Shown here in pieces: positions 27,901-42,048 of a stretch of DNA of 64,000 nucleotides. The notes under the pieces are model-generated. The model did no database searches. It worked only from the letters and a program-made list of their open reading frames with translations, and was not told where the DNA came from. This stretch comes from Octopus bimaculoides (lineage: Eukaryota), in assembly GCF_001194135.2 (NCBI RefSeq), contig NC_068988.1, forward strand, positions 96,191,024-96,255,023. Direction: 5' to 3'. Every line of letters begins with the position of its first letter. Position 1 is the stretch's first letter. Both the position numbers and the translations under genes were made by a program.

Positions 27901-30900
27901 ACACACTGAGAGAAATAACTTCTCTTTGGAACCTCCATGCAAAACCCCTTCTATTTCTTACTTTCTCCTCAAACTCATCAATCATCCCCCCACTCATGTC
28001 CACGATTCACTACATTCTCTTCTACAGGTTCTGTCCAGTCCATGCTAGAATGGAAGACAGGCATTACATGATGATGATGATGATGATGAAAAGAATAATA
28101 GATAAACTTTGAGTAACTATAAATTACTTACCAAATCAGAAGGTTGCCATAAATAAAATGGAGGTGCAGGTAGATGGAAATCACTTGGAACACTGGCAGA
28201 GAAATTGCTCACCATATTTTGAAGAGATTCAACTAGAATAGGGAAAAGCCAAGTGACCAAGTCAACACCACAGACTATCCCGGTGGTCAATATACTATCA
28301 ATGGCTGTGGTCAGCTGAATTTGATGATGGTCATCCTTCACTTCAAATACATCTTTCAAAGAGACAGACAATGATAGAGAGACATTAAATGTGAAAGACA
28401 TAAATGCAATAAGGAAACAAGTAGACAGTCCCCTCCTGCCACTCACATGTGAAACCCAATGGCTGAGAGGTCAAAATATTGGAACACTGACCATATCATT
28501 GTGAGTACAGAGCTTACAACTATCAAAACAACAGATGTAAAATGACCATCATCACCATCATCACCATCATTTAATGTCTGTCTTCCATGCTGGCATGGAT
28601 GGGATGGTTTGATAGGAGCTGCACCAGTTTCCAGTTGTGTGTTTTGCCATGGTTTCTATGGCTGGATGCCCTTCCTAACACCAACCGCTTTACAGACCGT
28701 ACTGGGTGCTTTTTTACATGGCACCATCAAGTAACTTGCAAGACAAAGACCCCCCTGGCTGAGAGAGGGAGTGGAACTGAGGGAGGTGGTTTTGGGTTAG
28801 AGTATAATAGAGGGATTCAGTGACCAGTGCTGTGGTCAGAAAAGTGATGGAGAAGAGTTGTGGGGAAGAGACATGCCATGAACAAACTCGGTGGAGGGGA
28901 ACAGACATAAATGATATGCTTTTAGGACCTTCAATTGTCCTGATATGGATGGGTCATCTCAAACAAAGCAAATTACCAATCATCATAACCATTTGGCATC
29001 TCTTTCATGAGACTCAACATCCAGAGGTCATTCTCGACTACTTTTTCAACTGAAGTTACTTTTTAAAATGTGACCCCTACCCTAGTGGTCATCAGACCAC
29101 ATTTTAAATCATTGTAATGTCATAACAATGTCAACAACAACAACAAGGCAAGCCACAGTGTAACACAGATGAATCTGTGTATGATTACCTTTATATTCAT
29201 TACAAGTGGAAGACATTGTGTTTGGATGTGTAGGTAACAAAACAGACAGTTTCCTCTTCAAGATTTCAGATGGATGAAGATCTTCTGGAAGGCTGAGTTC
29301 CAAAGAATCTCTAAAAAAAGACAAAATTATAATAAAGAAAAAGTACATAGAAATTATTTCAATGTTTAGGAAAGAAACCAAACTATTATATTTACTTTTT
29401 GGTTCTGACAGCAAGAAGGGAATGAATATAAAGGAGGAAGCAACCAAACCTTGAAATAACCAGCATTGACAGAGTTTGGGTCAAAGAGTTCTGTTAGTAT
29501 GTATTACAATGAAGAATTCTGAATCCCAGAGATGAATAGTAAGTAGAGTTGATAGACAGGACCTTAACTAGGTAGTTCTTGTGTCAGATAGGAGTAAAAG
29601 GTTTACCAAAGCTAAGAGCAACAAAACTGCATGTCTCAAAGTTCTGAAGAGTCAAACAAAAGCATCAATTTTCAAAGAAACCAATGTGAAAACAACAAAG
29701 AAAGAAAAAGACCATATTAAGCTTGTTGTTACCAGATCCACCACCACCATTATCTGTAAATGTGTAAACATAACCAACCTTTCGTAGAGCATAGGAAAGA
29801 TCTCCCTGTGTTTCATGAGTGCAGCGGATATTGAAAGAGCAGCTTTCCAGTCACCAACTTTGTTGGAAAACCAAGCAGCTTCTGGGACAAGGCCACTGAG
29901 GAGAAGGTATTCCAGGCATCGACTGACTGTCCATATATCTTCCAGACCACTTGAGCTGACTACTGAAGTCACATCTTGCTGGAACTTTGGTATTATTCGT
30001 TCTTCTAGAATTCACACAGAAATATCATAGAAAAGCAACAATTAAAATATACAAATGAAAAAAAGTACAATAAGAATTTCAAATTTCATAATTATATTTC
30101 TAAAGAAGACTAAATAATACATCTTTGTAGATTATATTGTTGATATTTGAAAGTCTTTTTAAATTGAAATGATTAACTTAACTAGCAAAATTTTTACTGC
30201 AGGACTAGCTAACTTTAAGTGAGTTTTGGTTAAAGATCATATGATGTCTATGCTTCGTCAGGAAATGAAAAATTAAATTTAGGAAATATTTAGTAATATC
30301 TGTTTTTAAACTAAAACTTGGATTATACCACAAATTATGTATTTCTTAGTCCATTTTCACATTTTGGATATCATCATCATCATCCTCATCTAATGTCCGT
30401 TTTCCATGCTGGCATGGGTTGGATGGTTGGATACTAAATATATATTGTTTTACTAAATTAACACACACACACATAATATATATGTACACACACACAAGTA
30501 TGTATGTTAATACATATATACATATATATGTGTGTGTGTGTATGTATGAAATGGTAGATGAATGTATAAGAAATTGCAAATAGATTAATTACTTACTCAA
30601 GGTATGTGGAGAAGCGTGACACAAACGAGGAAGTGGTGATGGAGAATTTGGAGGGAAAATAAACAGCTGCATGTTGCAAAAATACATGGCCATGTAACGT
30701 GCAAGAGTCTGCACTACTTGTCGGATTGCTGGATTCTTGATGCAAGGCACTTTTTGCTGAAGAGAGAGAGAGAGAAAGAGAGAGAAAGAGATATTTGATG
30801 GAGTGAAACAAAACAACTAGCAAAATAAGTAAGGCAAGGCCTCTTTATTAAGGAGACGGTGCAGTTAAATCAAAGGACAAGAAACTAAGAAGACTATGAA

Positions 30901-31985
30901 AGGTTAATTCCTTCAATGGCAGAAAGGGAGAGTGGAACTAAATGCCTTCTGGTATTTAACTAAATCCTTAACATTATAATTCCCTTGTTAATAATAATAA
31001 CAGTAACAACAATCCTTTTTATTATAAGCACAAGGCCTGAAATTTTTTGGTGGGGGAGGCTAGATGATCACATTCTTTTTTATCCTAAGCACAAGGCCCA
31101 AAATTTTTGGAGAGGGTGCCAATCATTTAGATTGACCCCGTACACAACTGGTACTTAATTTATCGACCCCCGAAAGGATGACGGGAAAAGTCGACCTCAG
31201 TGGAATTTGAACTCAGAACATAAAGACAGACGAAATACGGCTAAGCATTTCGTCTGGCGTGCTAACAATTCTGCCAGCTCACCACCTTTGATCAGATTGA
31301 CTCCAATGCACAGCTGGGACTTTGACTCTGAAAGCATCAAAGACAAAGTTGACCTCAGTTTGCACTCAGAACACAAAGATGGACAAAATGCTGCTCGGCA
31401 TTTTGTCCAGCAAGCTACCGATTCTACCCGGCAAGATAAAAGCTGAAAAAAATATCATCGGAAGAAATTGAAATTCAAAATATCAAGGCATGAATCTAAA
31501 TATTTGTAAGAAGTTTTAGAAAAATAAAGCTGGTATTAAGAAGTTTCCAATAATTGTACCTGAGATGATATGGAAGTGTTCATGATAGTAAGAAACGACG
31601 GTGGGTTCAGATCCTGTGAATTCTCGAATTGATCTTTTGAGATGGCCTTGATGTCATCTTTCAGAACTAAAGTCTCCACCATTTCCATGGCTTTTGCCAA
31701 TTGACCTCTCAGTAAATAAGTGTAGAGGAGGGCATGAAGAATACAGGAAGAAGTGGTATTCGAGGAATAAGTTGCATCTGGAAGAAGAATAAAAGAGTAT
31801 GATAGAACTGCGGTGCCAAAGACCAAAATGTGTTTGTATAAAGACGTGTGGGTGTGTGTGTATACAAATACAGAGACATAAGAATGTGTGTGTGTGTGTG
31901 TGTTTGTGTAAAAAGATGGCTGCATGGTTGAGGAGTTTCATTCCCAATAATGTAATTTCAGGTTCAGTTCCATTGCATGGCACCC

Positions 31986-32016
<31 letters not shown>

Positions 32017-32498
32017 GTNNNNNNNNNNNNNNNNNNNNNNNNNNNNNNNNNNNNNNNNNNNNNNNNNNNNNNNNNNNNNNNNNNNNNNNNNNNNNNNNNN
32101 NNNNNNNNNNNNNNNNNNNNNNNNNNNNNNNNNNNNNNNNNNNNNNNNNNNNNNNNNNNNNNNNNNNNNNNNNNNNNNNNNNNNNNNNNNNNNNNNNNNN
32201 NNNNNNNNNNNNNNNNNNNNNNNNNNNNNNNNNNNNNNNNNNNNNNNNNNNNNNNNNNNNNNNNNNNNNNNNNNNNNNNNNNNNNNNNNNNNNNNNNNNN
32301 NNNNNNNNNNNNNNNNNNNNNNNNNNNNNNNNNNNNNNNNNNNNNNNNNNNNNNNNNNNNNNNNNNNNNNNNNNNNNNNNNNNNNNNNNNNNNNNNNNNN
32401 NNNNNNNNNNNNNNNNNNNNNNNNNNNNNNNNNNNNNNNNNNNNATTCTGGTGCCTAAACATAAGTACCATATTCAATTTTTGAATCTAAATCTAAAC

Positions 32499-32543
<45 letters not shown>

Positions 32544-34980
32544 TGTAGCCCTGGGTTAACCAAAGTCTTGCGGGTGGATCTGGCAGATGGAAACTGAAAG
32601 AAGCCTATAGTGTGGGTGCAATGTGGTAGGATATATGATTACAGTCAAAGAGTTATACCCAGTGACTAGCATAGCAGTATGATTGTTGATTGCTACAAAG
32701 GTAAAGGAGATCCATCAAAGACAGGTAACCTTAGAAGAATCAAAGAATCCGGTTATGAAGATCATGGAGAAAGCCATAGCACAATTGATACATGACAGGA
32801 GACCTTGATGAGATGCAATTTGGAAAAAGTGCCTTGGATGCAATCTTCCTAGTGAGGCAACTGCAGGAGAGATACTTGGCTAAGCATAAACCACTATTCC
32901 TGGCCTTCATTGACCTGGAGAAAGCATTTGACAAGGTACCACGTACAGTATTCTGGTAGACACTTAGGAAACTAGGCGTTGATGTACCAGCTTGGCACAA
33001 AAATGCAGGAAGTGAAGTGAGAGTCAACAATGATTTCAGAGACAAATTAAGCATGAAGGTAGGAGTTCATCAAAGTTCAGTCCTCAGTCCTCTCCTGGTC
33101 ATCCTAGACCTACAGGTCATCCAATATGCTAATGATCTGATTCTTATTTCTCAAAAATTTCAATTAGCTGAGCTTACGGAAATTAGCTCCCTTACTAACT
33201 TTTAGATTTTAAACACTTATATGTGCATTTGTCTCCAATTTGCAAGGATAGTCACACAAGTTTTTCAAGTTGCTGTACTACATTACTAAAAGGGCATTCA
33301 TTATGTGGAATCCCCACCACCGAATGCTCATATTTACACCAGAATCTGCATTTTTCTAAGATTTTTACAGACTTTTGTATCATTCAATCTTGTGATTTTC
33401 AAAAGAAAAACAAAAAATACACACACACACACACTGACACACATACATAAAATCCCCCAAATGTTATAAAGCCTTACCTTTTAATTTAGCCAGCTGTTCT
33501 TTCCAAGCATCCTCAGCCAAAGTATGTCTCGATTCTAAACTATATCTCTCACCTAAGATTAAAATAAAAGAAAACAAGAATTTTTAGGCTAAAACTGCTA
33601 AAGAATTTAATTATTACTATTGAATATATATTATAATTATAGTATAGACTTTAGCATATTTAGGAACACACTATACAGTATAATTAGTATGCTGTACAAT
33701 ATGTATCATACTACATAGAATCTTGCAGAGAAAGAAATATGAGATTATATAATATTAAAGCTTTTCTTTCAGAGGCATTAACAACATAAATGAAGTGAAA
33801 CAGCTTGAACTAGGACAGAAAACAGTCTTAGGTGTGGTTTCATCTAGAGTTTACTTAAAAACTGAAACCACTAAACAAAACACACACACATATATCATGA
33901 TGATCATCATCAGTTAACATCTGTTTTCCATGCTGGTATGAAGTGAAGATACTCCTGAGTGGCTCAACATCAGGTTTTATCTGGAGCTAAACAAATAATT
34001 ATGTAGATCTTCTCATGAGGCTTATTCAAAGCCATAAAGATTTAAACATGTTTATGAAGGATGCAGTGAAGAGTTTGTAATAAGACAGAACCAATAAATG
34101 GACCAGCACCTTATTGACTCTTCAAGCTGCAGCTCCTGGCAAAATAATAGACTCTAAAAATATATATATTGTATTCTTACAAACCTTATTGCTCGACTAA
34201 AATACTCCTCCTTTGACATCCATGTTGAAATGGGTTGTACAGGTTTGCAAAAATTATTACTCTTGTTATCTCCATCCTTAGCCAGAAGACTTTATTACTC
34301 TTCTCTGTAGAAGACTTTATTACTCTTCTCTGTTCTATATCTCTACATTTAAACTTATCTTTATACATACCTTTGCTAATATTACAAGGTCTTTCTTTGA
34401 TGTCTTGTGTGCTGGACAAATTGGAGAAAAGAAGTGTGTTGAGACGCTGGAACAATTCCCTGAGTATTTCTGAGAACTCACTTTCCTGCTGGCGTGGTGA
34501 CTTTTTTTGTCTTTGTTTGAAGTTCTCAGCTGCAACCATCTCAGCATGTTTCATTAACAACTTCCATGTTGGTAACAACCTTTACAAAAAAAAAAAAAAA
34601 ATGCATCAGGAACAAATTCAAGCTTATCAGGTTTTGTTTCATGTTTCTCAAAACTGTTTCATATTGATTTTAGCAATGACAGGATTTACAGCTAATATGT
34701 TTTTATGGTTGCAACAATATCTTGCCTGTACAATTAATAAAACTAAAATAGAAGGAAAATATGACCATCAACTGCCCATGGATAACTTAGATGATTTAGA
34801 TAAGGACTTATACTCCACAGTTCTAAATAAATTAAAAGTAAATATAGGCGCAGGAATGGCTATGTGGTAAGAAGCTTGCTTCACAACCACATGGTTCCAG
34901 ATTCAGTCCCACTGCATGACACCTTGGGCCAACCAAAGCCTTGTGAGTGGATTTGGTCGACGGAAACTGAAAGAAGCCTG

Positions 34981-35011
<31 letters not shown>

Positions 35012-38000
35012 ATCATCATCGTCGTTTAACGTCCGCTTTCCATGCTAGCATGGGTTGGACGATTTGACTGGGGACTGGTGGACCAGGAGTATATATATAT
35101 ATTTATGTGTGTGTCAGTGTTTCTCTACACCATCGCTTGACAACCAATGCTGGTGTGTTTACATCCCTGTCACTTAGTGGTTCAGCAAGAGAGACCGATA
35201 GAATAAGTACTAGGCTTACAATGTATAAGTCCTGGGGGTCGATTTGTTTGACTAAAGGCGGTGCTCCAGCATGGCCTGCAGTCAGATGACTAAAACAAGT
35301 AAAAGAACAAAAGGATCAAAGAACTTACTCTTGTAAAGAACTATTTTGGATTGTTTGCTCAACATTGGGTTTCTTTTTAGGAACTTTCTTTCTTGAATTC
35401 AAAGTCTTTAAGCTATTTCTTGATGGTTCATACCAACTATTATCTTCTGATTCTGTGTTTATTTCCAGAAAAGGATCTTCCCTTCCCCTGGCTTTTGATG
35501 GTGGATATTTTGAAGACCAGGTGTAAGTCTTGCTAAGAATTTGGTTAGTAAAGTTGAGTAAAGCTTCACATCCCAGAAGTGTTTTAATAGCAGGATCAGA
35601 TTTGGAAAGGTTCTTGTTATTAAGTATAAGTTTAACGACTTTATGAACAAAACAAATGATGACATTGAGATGTCGTTGATATAAGAAATCAAAATGAAGA
35701 AGATGTAAAAATTCTCTAAACATTCGAATCAAATGAAAAAGAGATGATTTATCTGACATTTCATTCTTTAAAGACTTGGTTAATGATGACACCTCAAGAA
35801 AAAGCTGGAACACCTTGGAGGTATTCAGTAAGGTTGCTTTGGTAATTTTTGCTCTTGTGGGATCCCAGATACAACCTGATGTCACCTCAAGTTTCCAAGC
35901 TAAGAGCAGACTGAGATAAATATTTTTCAAAATTTCCGAGTGGGTTTTAGAAGTTTTTGGCTGTAATTTGCAGTTGTTGGTTAAAGGAACACCAAATGTA
36001 ATGACTCCAGCATCTAAATTCCTAAGATGATCCTCTTGAACAATGCTTTGGTCACTATCTTCTGAATGTGTTCCATCTTCAAAGTGATAGGATCTGGGAG
36101 GTTGCAATAAAGCAAGGCTGCTAATGTTTTCCTTGAGAAAAATTCCATCAGCCGAGTTCTGTTCTGAATGGGTAAAATCAAGTTTGTATTCTTTACTTAG
36201 TATAGAAAGCTTCTGAGAGGACCAAGAGACGAGGTTTTGAACCAGAGACAAACAGTCCAAATTGTAAGGCAGTTCAAGAACAGTCACAAGAAAGCCATCA
36301 CTACAAATAATAATTGGTAAATGTGGATGAGTGCTTATTGAGAACTTTTGAGGAGTGAGAATCTCATTTCGTTGATTTGCCCCGACTTTTGATATATTTT
36401 CATCTCTGTGAAAGAATAAAAAAAACAAAAAAACAATCTTATCAATGACTGAGAAACAAAAATTACAAAATCATTAAATAAAATATTTTTGATATTTTTA
36501 CTTCAATAAAATAAAAGTTTATTTATCAATGTATAAAGTAATGTGATAAAAGTATTTAAAAAATACAATAAATAGAATCTAAGCAATTCATTATCTTTGT
36601 GATGATATCAGTTTTAGGTGAATACAACAATATTTCACCTGAAAAATGTGAAATGTCTTTTAAATCAAAGAAATTTTAAGGATCAGAACTTAGCTTCCTT
36701 GTCATGGTGTTAAATGGATGAGAAAAATTATCTCACAGAAAGGACATTGGTCAGTCACAAGTAGTAACATTCCCAGATCTGATATTATTGGCAACAAGGT
36801 GAACTCAGGTGCATAGAATTAAGTGTTCGTAAAGAAGCTGGAATAACTGCAAAACTTTTGAGCTGGAACTCAAATAGCTGACCAGTCTTTCCTGTTAAAA
36901 CAATTTGTGGCTGATGTTGACTGGCACCTGTGCTGGTGGCATGTAAAAAGCACCATTCAAGTGTAGCCAATGCCAGTGCCACCTGGGTGGCACTGGCATT
37001 GGTCATCATTTGAGTGTGGCCAATACCAGTGCCACCTGACTGGCTCCCATGTTGGTGGCACATAAAAAGCACCCACTACACTCCCAGAGTGGTTGTAGAA
37101 ACCTTCTCAGATCAGATTGGAGCCTGGTGCAGCCTCCTGGCTTGCCAGCCCTCAGTCAAACCATCCAACCCATGACAGCATGGAAAGCGGGCGTTAAACG
37201 ATGACTGCAGAAAGGTGAATTGAAAAAAAAAAACTTGGTGGTCATCAGTTGTGTTTGTCAATGTGCACAATAGGAGATGAATGAAATTAGNNNNNNNNNN
37301 NNNNNNNNNNNNNNNNNNNNNNNNNNNNNNNNNNNNNNNNNATAGAAGCAAAACAAACAAAAAAATATTTGGAGATGACAAAGTCAGACGTGAGAATGGT
37401 TCCATGATGATAGATGTTGAATAGTCCTAAGTAACAAATGGACAAACAGATTTGAAGAAGATGAAAATTATTAATGTGATCACCATCATCATCATCATGC
37501 TCTCCCCAACCTCACCCCCCAATGATGGCTAGGATGATGATGGATTGGAAAGACGGGGCTGTATTTTTTAAAATTTTATTTCATTTGCCAAGCTCTGCTA
37601 GTTTTATTCAGTTGACAGGAAGAGGTTTGTAAGGATTCTTGTGGTAATCTGAACAAAAAAAAAAAAAAGATTGCATTAATTACCTTACAATAATAACCGG
37701 ATGAATTGGTAGGAAGAAGGCTGGTCCCATTTCTTGGGACAATCCATTGGTCTTCAAAAGTACAGGTTCACCAAGACGAGGAAGAATACAAACAGAGCCA
37801 GAGTTGAGTATACAGACGACAAACAAGTTATTGTACGTCCATTTCATAGAAGCGATCCAGTAATAACTGTCAAAACAAAAAAAGATAAAAATAACAACAA
37901 CAATAACAATAATGGTTTCAAATTTTGCCACAAGGGCAGCAATTTTGGGGGAAGGGAGAAGTTACTGAGCAGTGATCCCTTATGTATCAATAGACCCCTG

Positions 38001-41000
38001 ATTGTTTACTGACAACCACCTTTTACCCTGTGGGGGCAACTGGTATTTATCACTTATCTTGTCCTCAGTCAGCTCAATATTTGTTTTGTCCTCTTTTAAG
38101 TTCAATACCAAATCAAGCAAGTAGATAAAGATGAGGACCTCAATGTGGGGCATCTCTTCAAGGAGGGACTTCAGCCTTTTTTGTGCAATTATTTTCAATT
38201 TTTTTCTTTTTCTTTTTTTAATTATTCCTTTTGGTTGCCTTTAGTTAAGTTTAAAAACAGAGTGTCTTACCAGTTCCATTGCATGCGTTCAAAGCAAGCT
38301 TCTGGTCTGAAGGGTTTTCCTTACTTACCCCTCACTAGGCTTAGAGACCCTACAAAACAAAGGTCATAAGCACTGCCCTTCCTTCTCTCACTAAATCCTT
38401 AAACAGTTCTGCTAATAATGTTGTTTAGTTACCTGAAATGAGTTGATGAAGATTCATTCGTACCATTTCCTTTCATGTCTGTCACAACAGTTGTATTTGT
38501 AAAAGGAGACAAAAACATTATTTTGTTTTGGTTGGCAACAGTCTTGTTGATGGCAACGGCAAGTATTTGGCCATCCCTGGAGTAGGCAGCCACTGGTTTG
38601 TCATTCATCTTGTTCAGTGCAATGTCAGTTTGGTTGTAGCTAACAGACATCCAATCAAAGTTAAATGGATAGAAGCTGAAAGCAAGACCAGACATGAATT
38701 TAGATTACAACAACAACAACAACAACAATGCCGCTGCCGCCACCACTACCACCACCACAAACCATCAGTGATTTTAAAACTTATTTCCTCATGGAACCTT
38801 TTATAGGATTTCCAAAAATTAGTGGAAGCCCCTAATCCTACCTGCTTAATTTAACAAAACATTAAATGAAATAACAATTGTTTTAAAGAGAGAATTTATT
38901 TACGGAAAAGAAACAAGTAATCAGCATGACAATTAGTATGAAATCTAATTTGGAAAAAAATTCTTTTTGAAATTCTTTTTCTCCTGGAGCTCCAGAATTT
39001 TCTTTGGAATTCATTTTAGGAAACATTGTTTCACAGAATTGCTTGACCTGCTTGAAATATTAATCAAATTGGATTTTTTAAAAATGGTTTGCAAACAGGC
39101 TTTGTGAACTCTGACACTTATCCATGTGTTGACCATTTTTAGAAAACATTCTTCATAGGCTGTTTCTGACAAATCAACTCAGCTTCTTGACAGATGGGAC
39201 AGGGTTCCAAGAGAAACCCCTTATGGTACAAGGCTTTGAAGCAGAGGCCAAACAGAAAAATCAACAACAGAAGATAAGAGGGGAGCATGATTAAAACCAT
39301 GATGGAACATAAAAATGGAATATTTCAGACCCAGTTTCAAACTCAGTTTGGACCGGCAGTATCTGTTCATACAACCTGTGATCTGGGTTCAAATCACATT
39401 GAGGTCAGCTCTACTTTTCATCCTTCCAGAATTGATAAAAAAAAAATACAAATCAAGAGCAGTGGACTGACAGAATTGTCAGACAAAATGTCTCGGGACT
39501 TTTGTTCTGGTTCATTGCATTCTGGGTTTGTCCGAGACAACATTGGTATTGGGCTGTATCAGCTCTCGCCTTTCCCTTGAGCAATACTAGTGAGGGGTGG
39601 AGAGGGAAGACTTGCTGCATGGACAACTATCAGTTTCCATTAAAAAAAAAAAATGTTTAGTCCAAGTCAACCACCTTGAAGAGGAACTTTCAAGGTGGTC
39701 GACTTGGAAAATTGCTATCCAGATCAACCTTGTTGACCCAACTAATGGAGGCCTTAAAATTCATTTGGGATAAACACTTGCACCCTAACAATGCTGGTTG
39801 TATTCTGTCTTCGAATGCACAAATTGATGTCTCATCAGGTGGTGAAGCAGCTCTGAAGAGGCTTTAGCCCCTTCCACTGTGATACAAGAGTTGCCCCAGG
39901 ACACCCACCAATATAAGCAATACCAGAACTGCTTGGAGTCACCTACTGATGTACTTAACACTAGAGCTGCCTGGGGTCGCCCACCGATGTAGATGACAAA
40001 ACTCCAGCATAACAATCTTGAGCTGTTATGCAAGAGTCTTGTTGCCTACATTAAGAAAAAAAAATGTCAAGTTAGAAGGAGAAAAGCAAGATGAGTTAAA
40101 GACTGGTTGATATTATTTGTGAATCTAAATACATTAAAAATTAAATTGAAAAAAAAAAAAAAAACCCCAAAGATTATTTAAAAACTGTGTCTTACCTTGA
40201 TGTCGGAGGTAAAGCAGCAGATAAGAAGTTCAGGTAGAGTGTAATGATGGTGAAAGCTTGTTTGTCAGACAACAAGAAGGAACAATTGCAACAGCAGCCA
40301 ACAACCTGCAACATATAATTTATAGGAAAGTGAGGGCTAATACGTTTCATGTGGTAAGCCATCATCATTATTTGATGTCTGTTTTCCATGTTGGCATGGA
40401 TTGGATGGTTTGACAGGGTCCAGTGAGCCACAGAGCTATGGTTGAGCTCAGCTTTGACATGATTTCCATGGTTGGATGCCATTCTTAATGCCAACCATTT
40501 CACAGTGTATAGCAAGTGTTTTGCTTCTTTTTCCTTTTTGTGCAAGTGATGTTGCTGAGTAACTTGCCAATAATTAAAATTACGCATTTAGTAACGAAGA
40601 AAAGGAAAAATAATTATCTGTGTGACTATTTTTGGTCAAAAAAAAAAAAAACAAGAAAACCACAGAATTTAAATTAAGATTCCTAAAATATAAAGAAGGC
40701 TTGCACTTTCAATTGTAGTAGTTCTATGATTGGCAAGAATGCATTGCCAATGATGAAACTGCATTTCTTCAAACCCAAAGTCAAACTACAAATAACCCTC
40801 ATGCAAAATGGAGACAGAGATACTTACCACATTGCTATAAAAGATGGCTGTTATTACAGATTGATTAGCCATTCTAAAAATATCTTGAACGTTTTCAGAA
40901 ATATCAACTGGATACCAGCAACCAGCATTTTGTTCCTTGATTGAAACTGAAGAGACTGATGACCAAAGCCAAATATAGACACTGCCATCACTGGCAGCAA

Positions 41001-42010
41001 CCAATATCTTCGTGGCATCATCAGATAGGTAAATGCTGTAAGAATCTAAAGAGGAAACAAAATTAGGCATGGCACAACAAAAAGAAAAGAAATAACAACA
41101 ATTAGATTTTCTAATTGAACTCTATCATTTAAGCTTAATTAAAATATAGTTTGTTTTTAAAATAAGAAAGTTAATTATGCTTAAATCCAAATTTTGCCTC
41201 ATATTTTTTAATGATATTTCACCTCACAACTTTTTTGATGCAAATTTTTGCTGCATGGGACAAAAACTATGAAATTCATGCTTTCTTCTATCATTTAAGC
41301 CAAGATAAATATATATTTCGCTTTTAAAATAAAAAAGTTATTTAAATCTAAACTTGATTGGTGTTTGTTACTTACTCTCCCATAACGTTGCTACAAATTT
41401 TGATGTAAACCTTTTTCTACTGGACCAAATCTCAATTTTTTAATGCCAAAATGTAGCTAGGGACCAGTCCTCTTCAAAAATGTTAATGGTTAAGAACTGA
41501 ATTAGCAACAAACTCCCAAAGACGCTCAGTGTTAGTAAATTGTGGCCTTAAGAATATTATTCAACTACTACTGTAGTTGAATGATATATAACATGCCAGT
41601 ATGGACAATGGATGTTAAATGATGATACACACACACACATATATATATAAGCATGGCTGTATGGATAGTGAGTTCACTTTGTTATTATCTGGTCCCAAGT
41701 TCTGTATTACTGGATGGATGAATAGATAGATCAGACCAGATTAGACAGATATATTGTGTGTATGTGTGATTGTTCTAATAAACAATTTGCTACACATTTA
41801 CAATTAAGTTAGAAAGATTACATGAAAGGTAAAAATGTCCATTTTGCTTCCATACCTTGGTTTGTTCCCCAATTTGAAATATACTGAGGAAGCCCTTCAA
41901 TCATCCACACTTTGTTGCCATCTTTTTTCCAAAGAAATACTGACCCATTCTGGAGCAAACCAGCTAAGTACAATCCTGAAGAGTAAAAAAAGAATTTTAC
42001 ACACACACAC

Positions 42011-42048
<38 letters not shown>

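Noticed and set aside
34284-34332. 25-bp tandem duplication near exon 9
   Set aside because: Simple intronic slippage duplication with no functional signal
39785-40033. ORF containing YWWVSWG, resembling a CPLANE1 motif
   Set aside because: The real motif is in exon 7 (37684-37866); exons 5 and 6 join in phase without it
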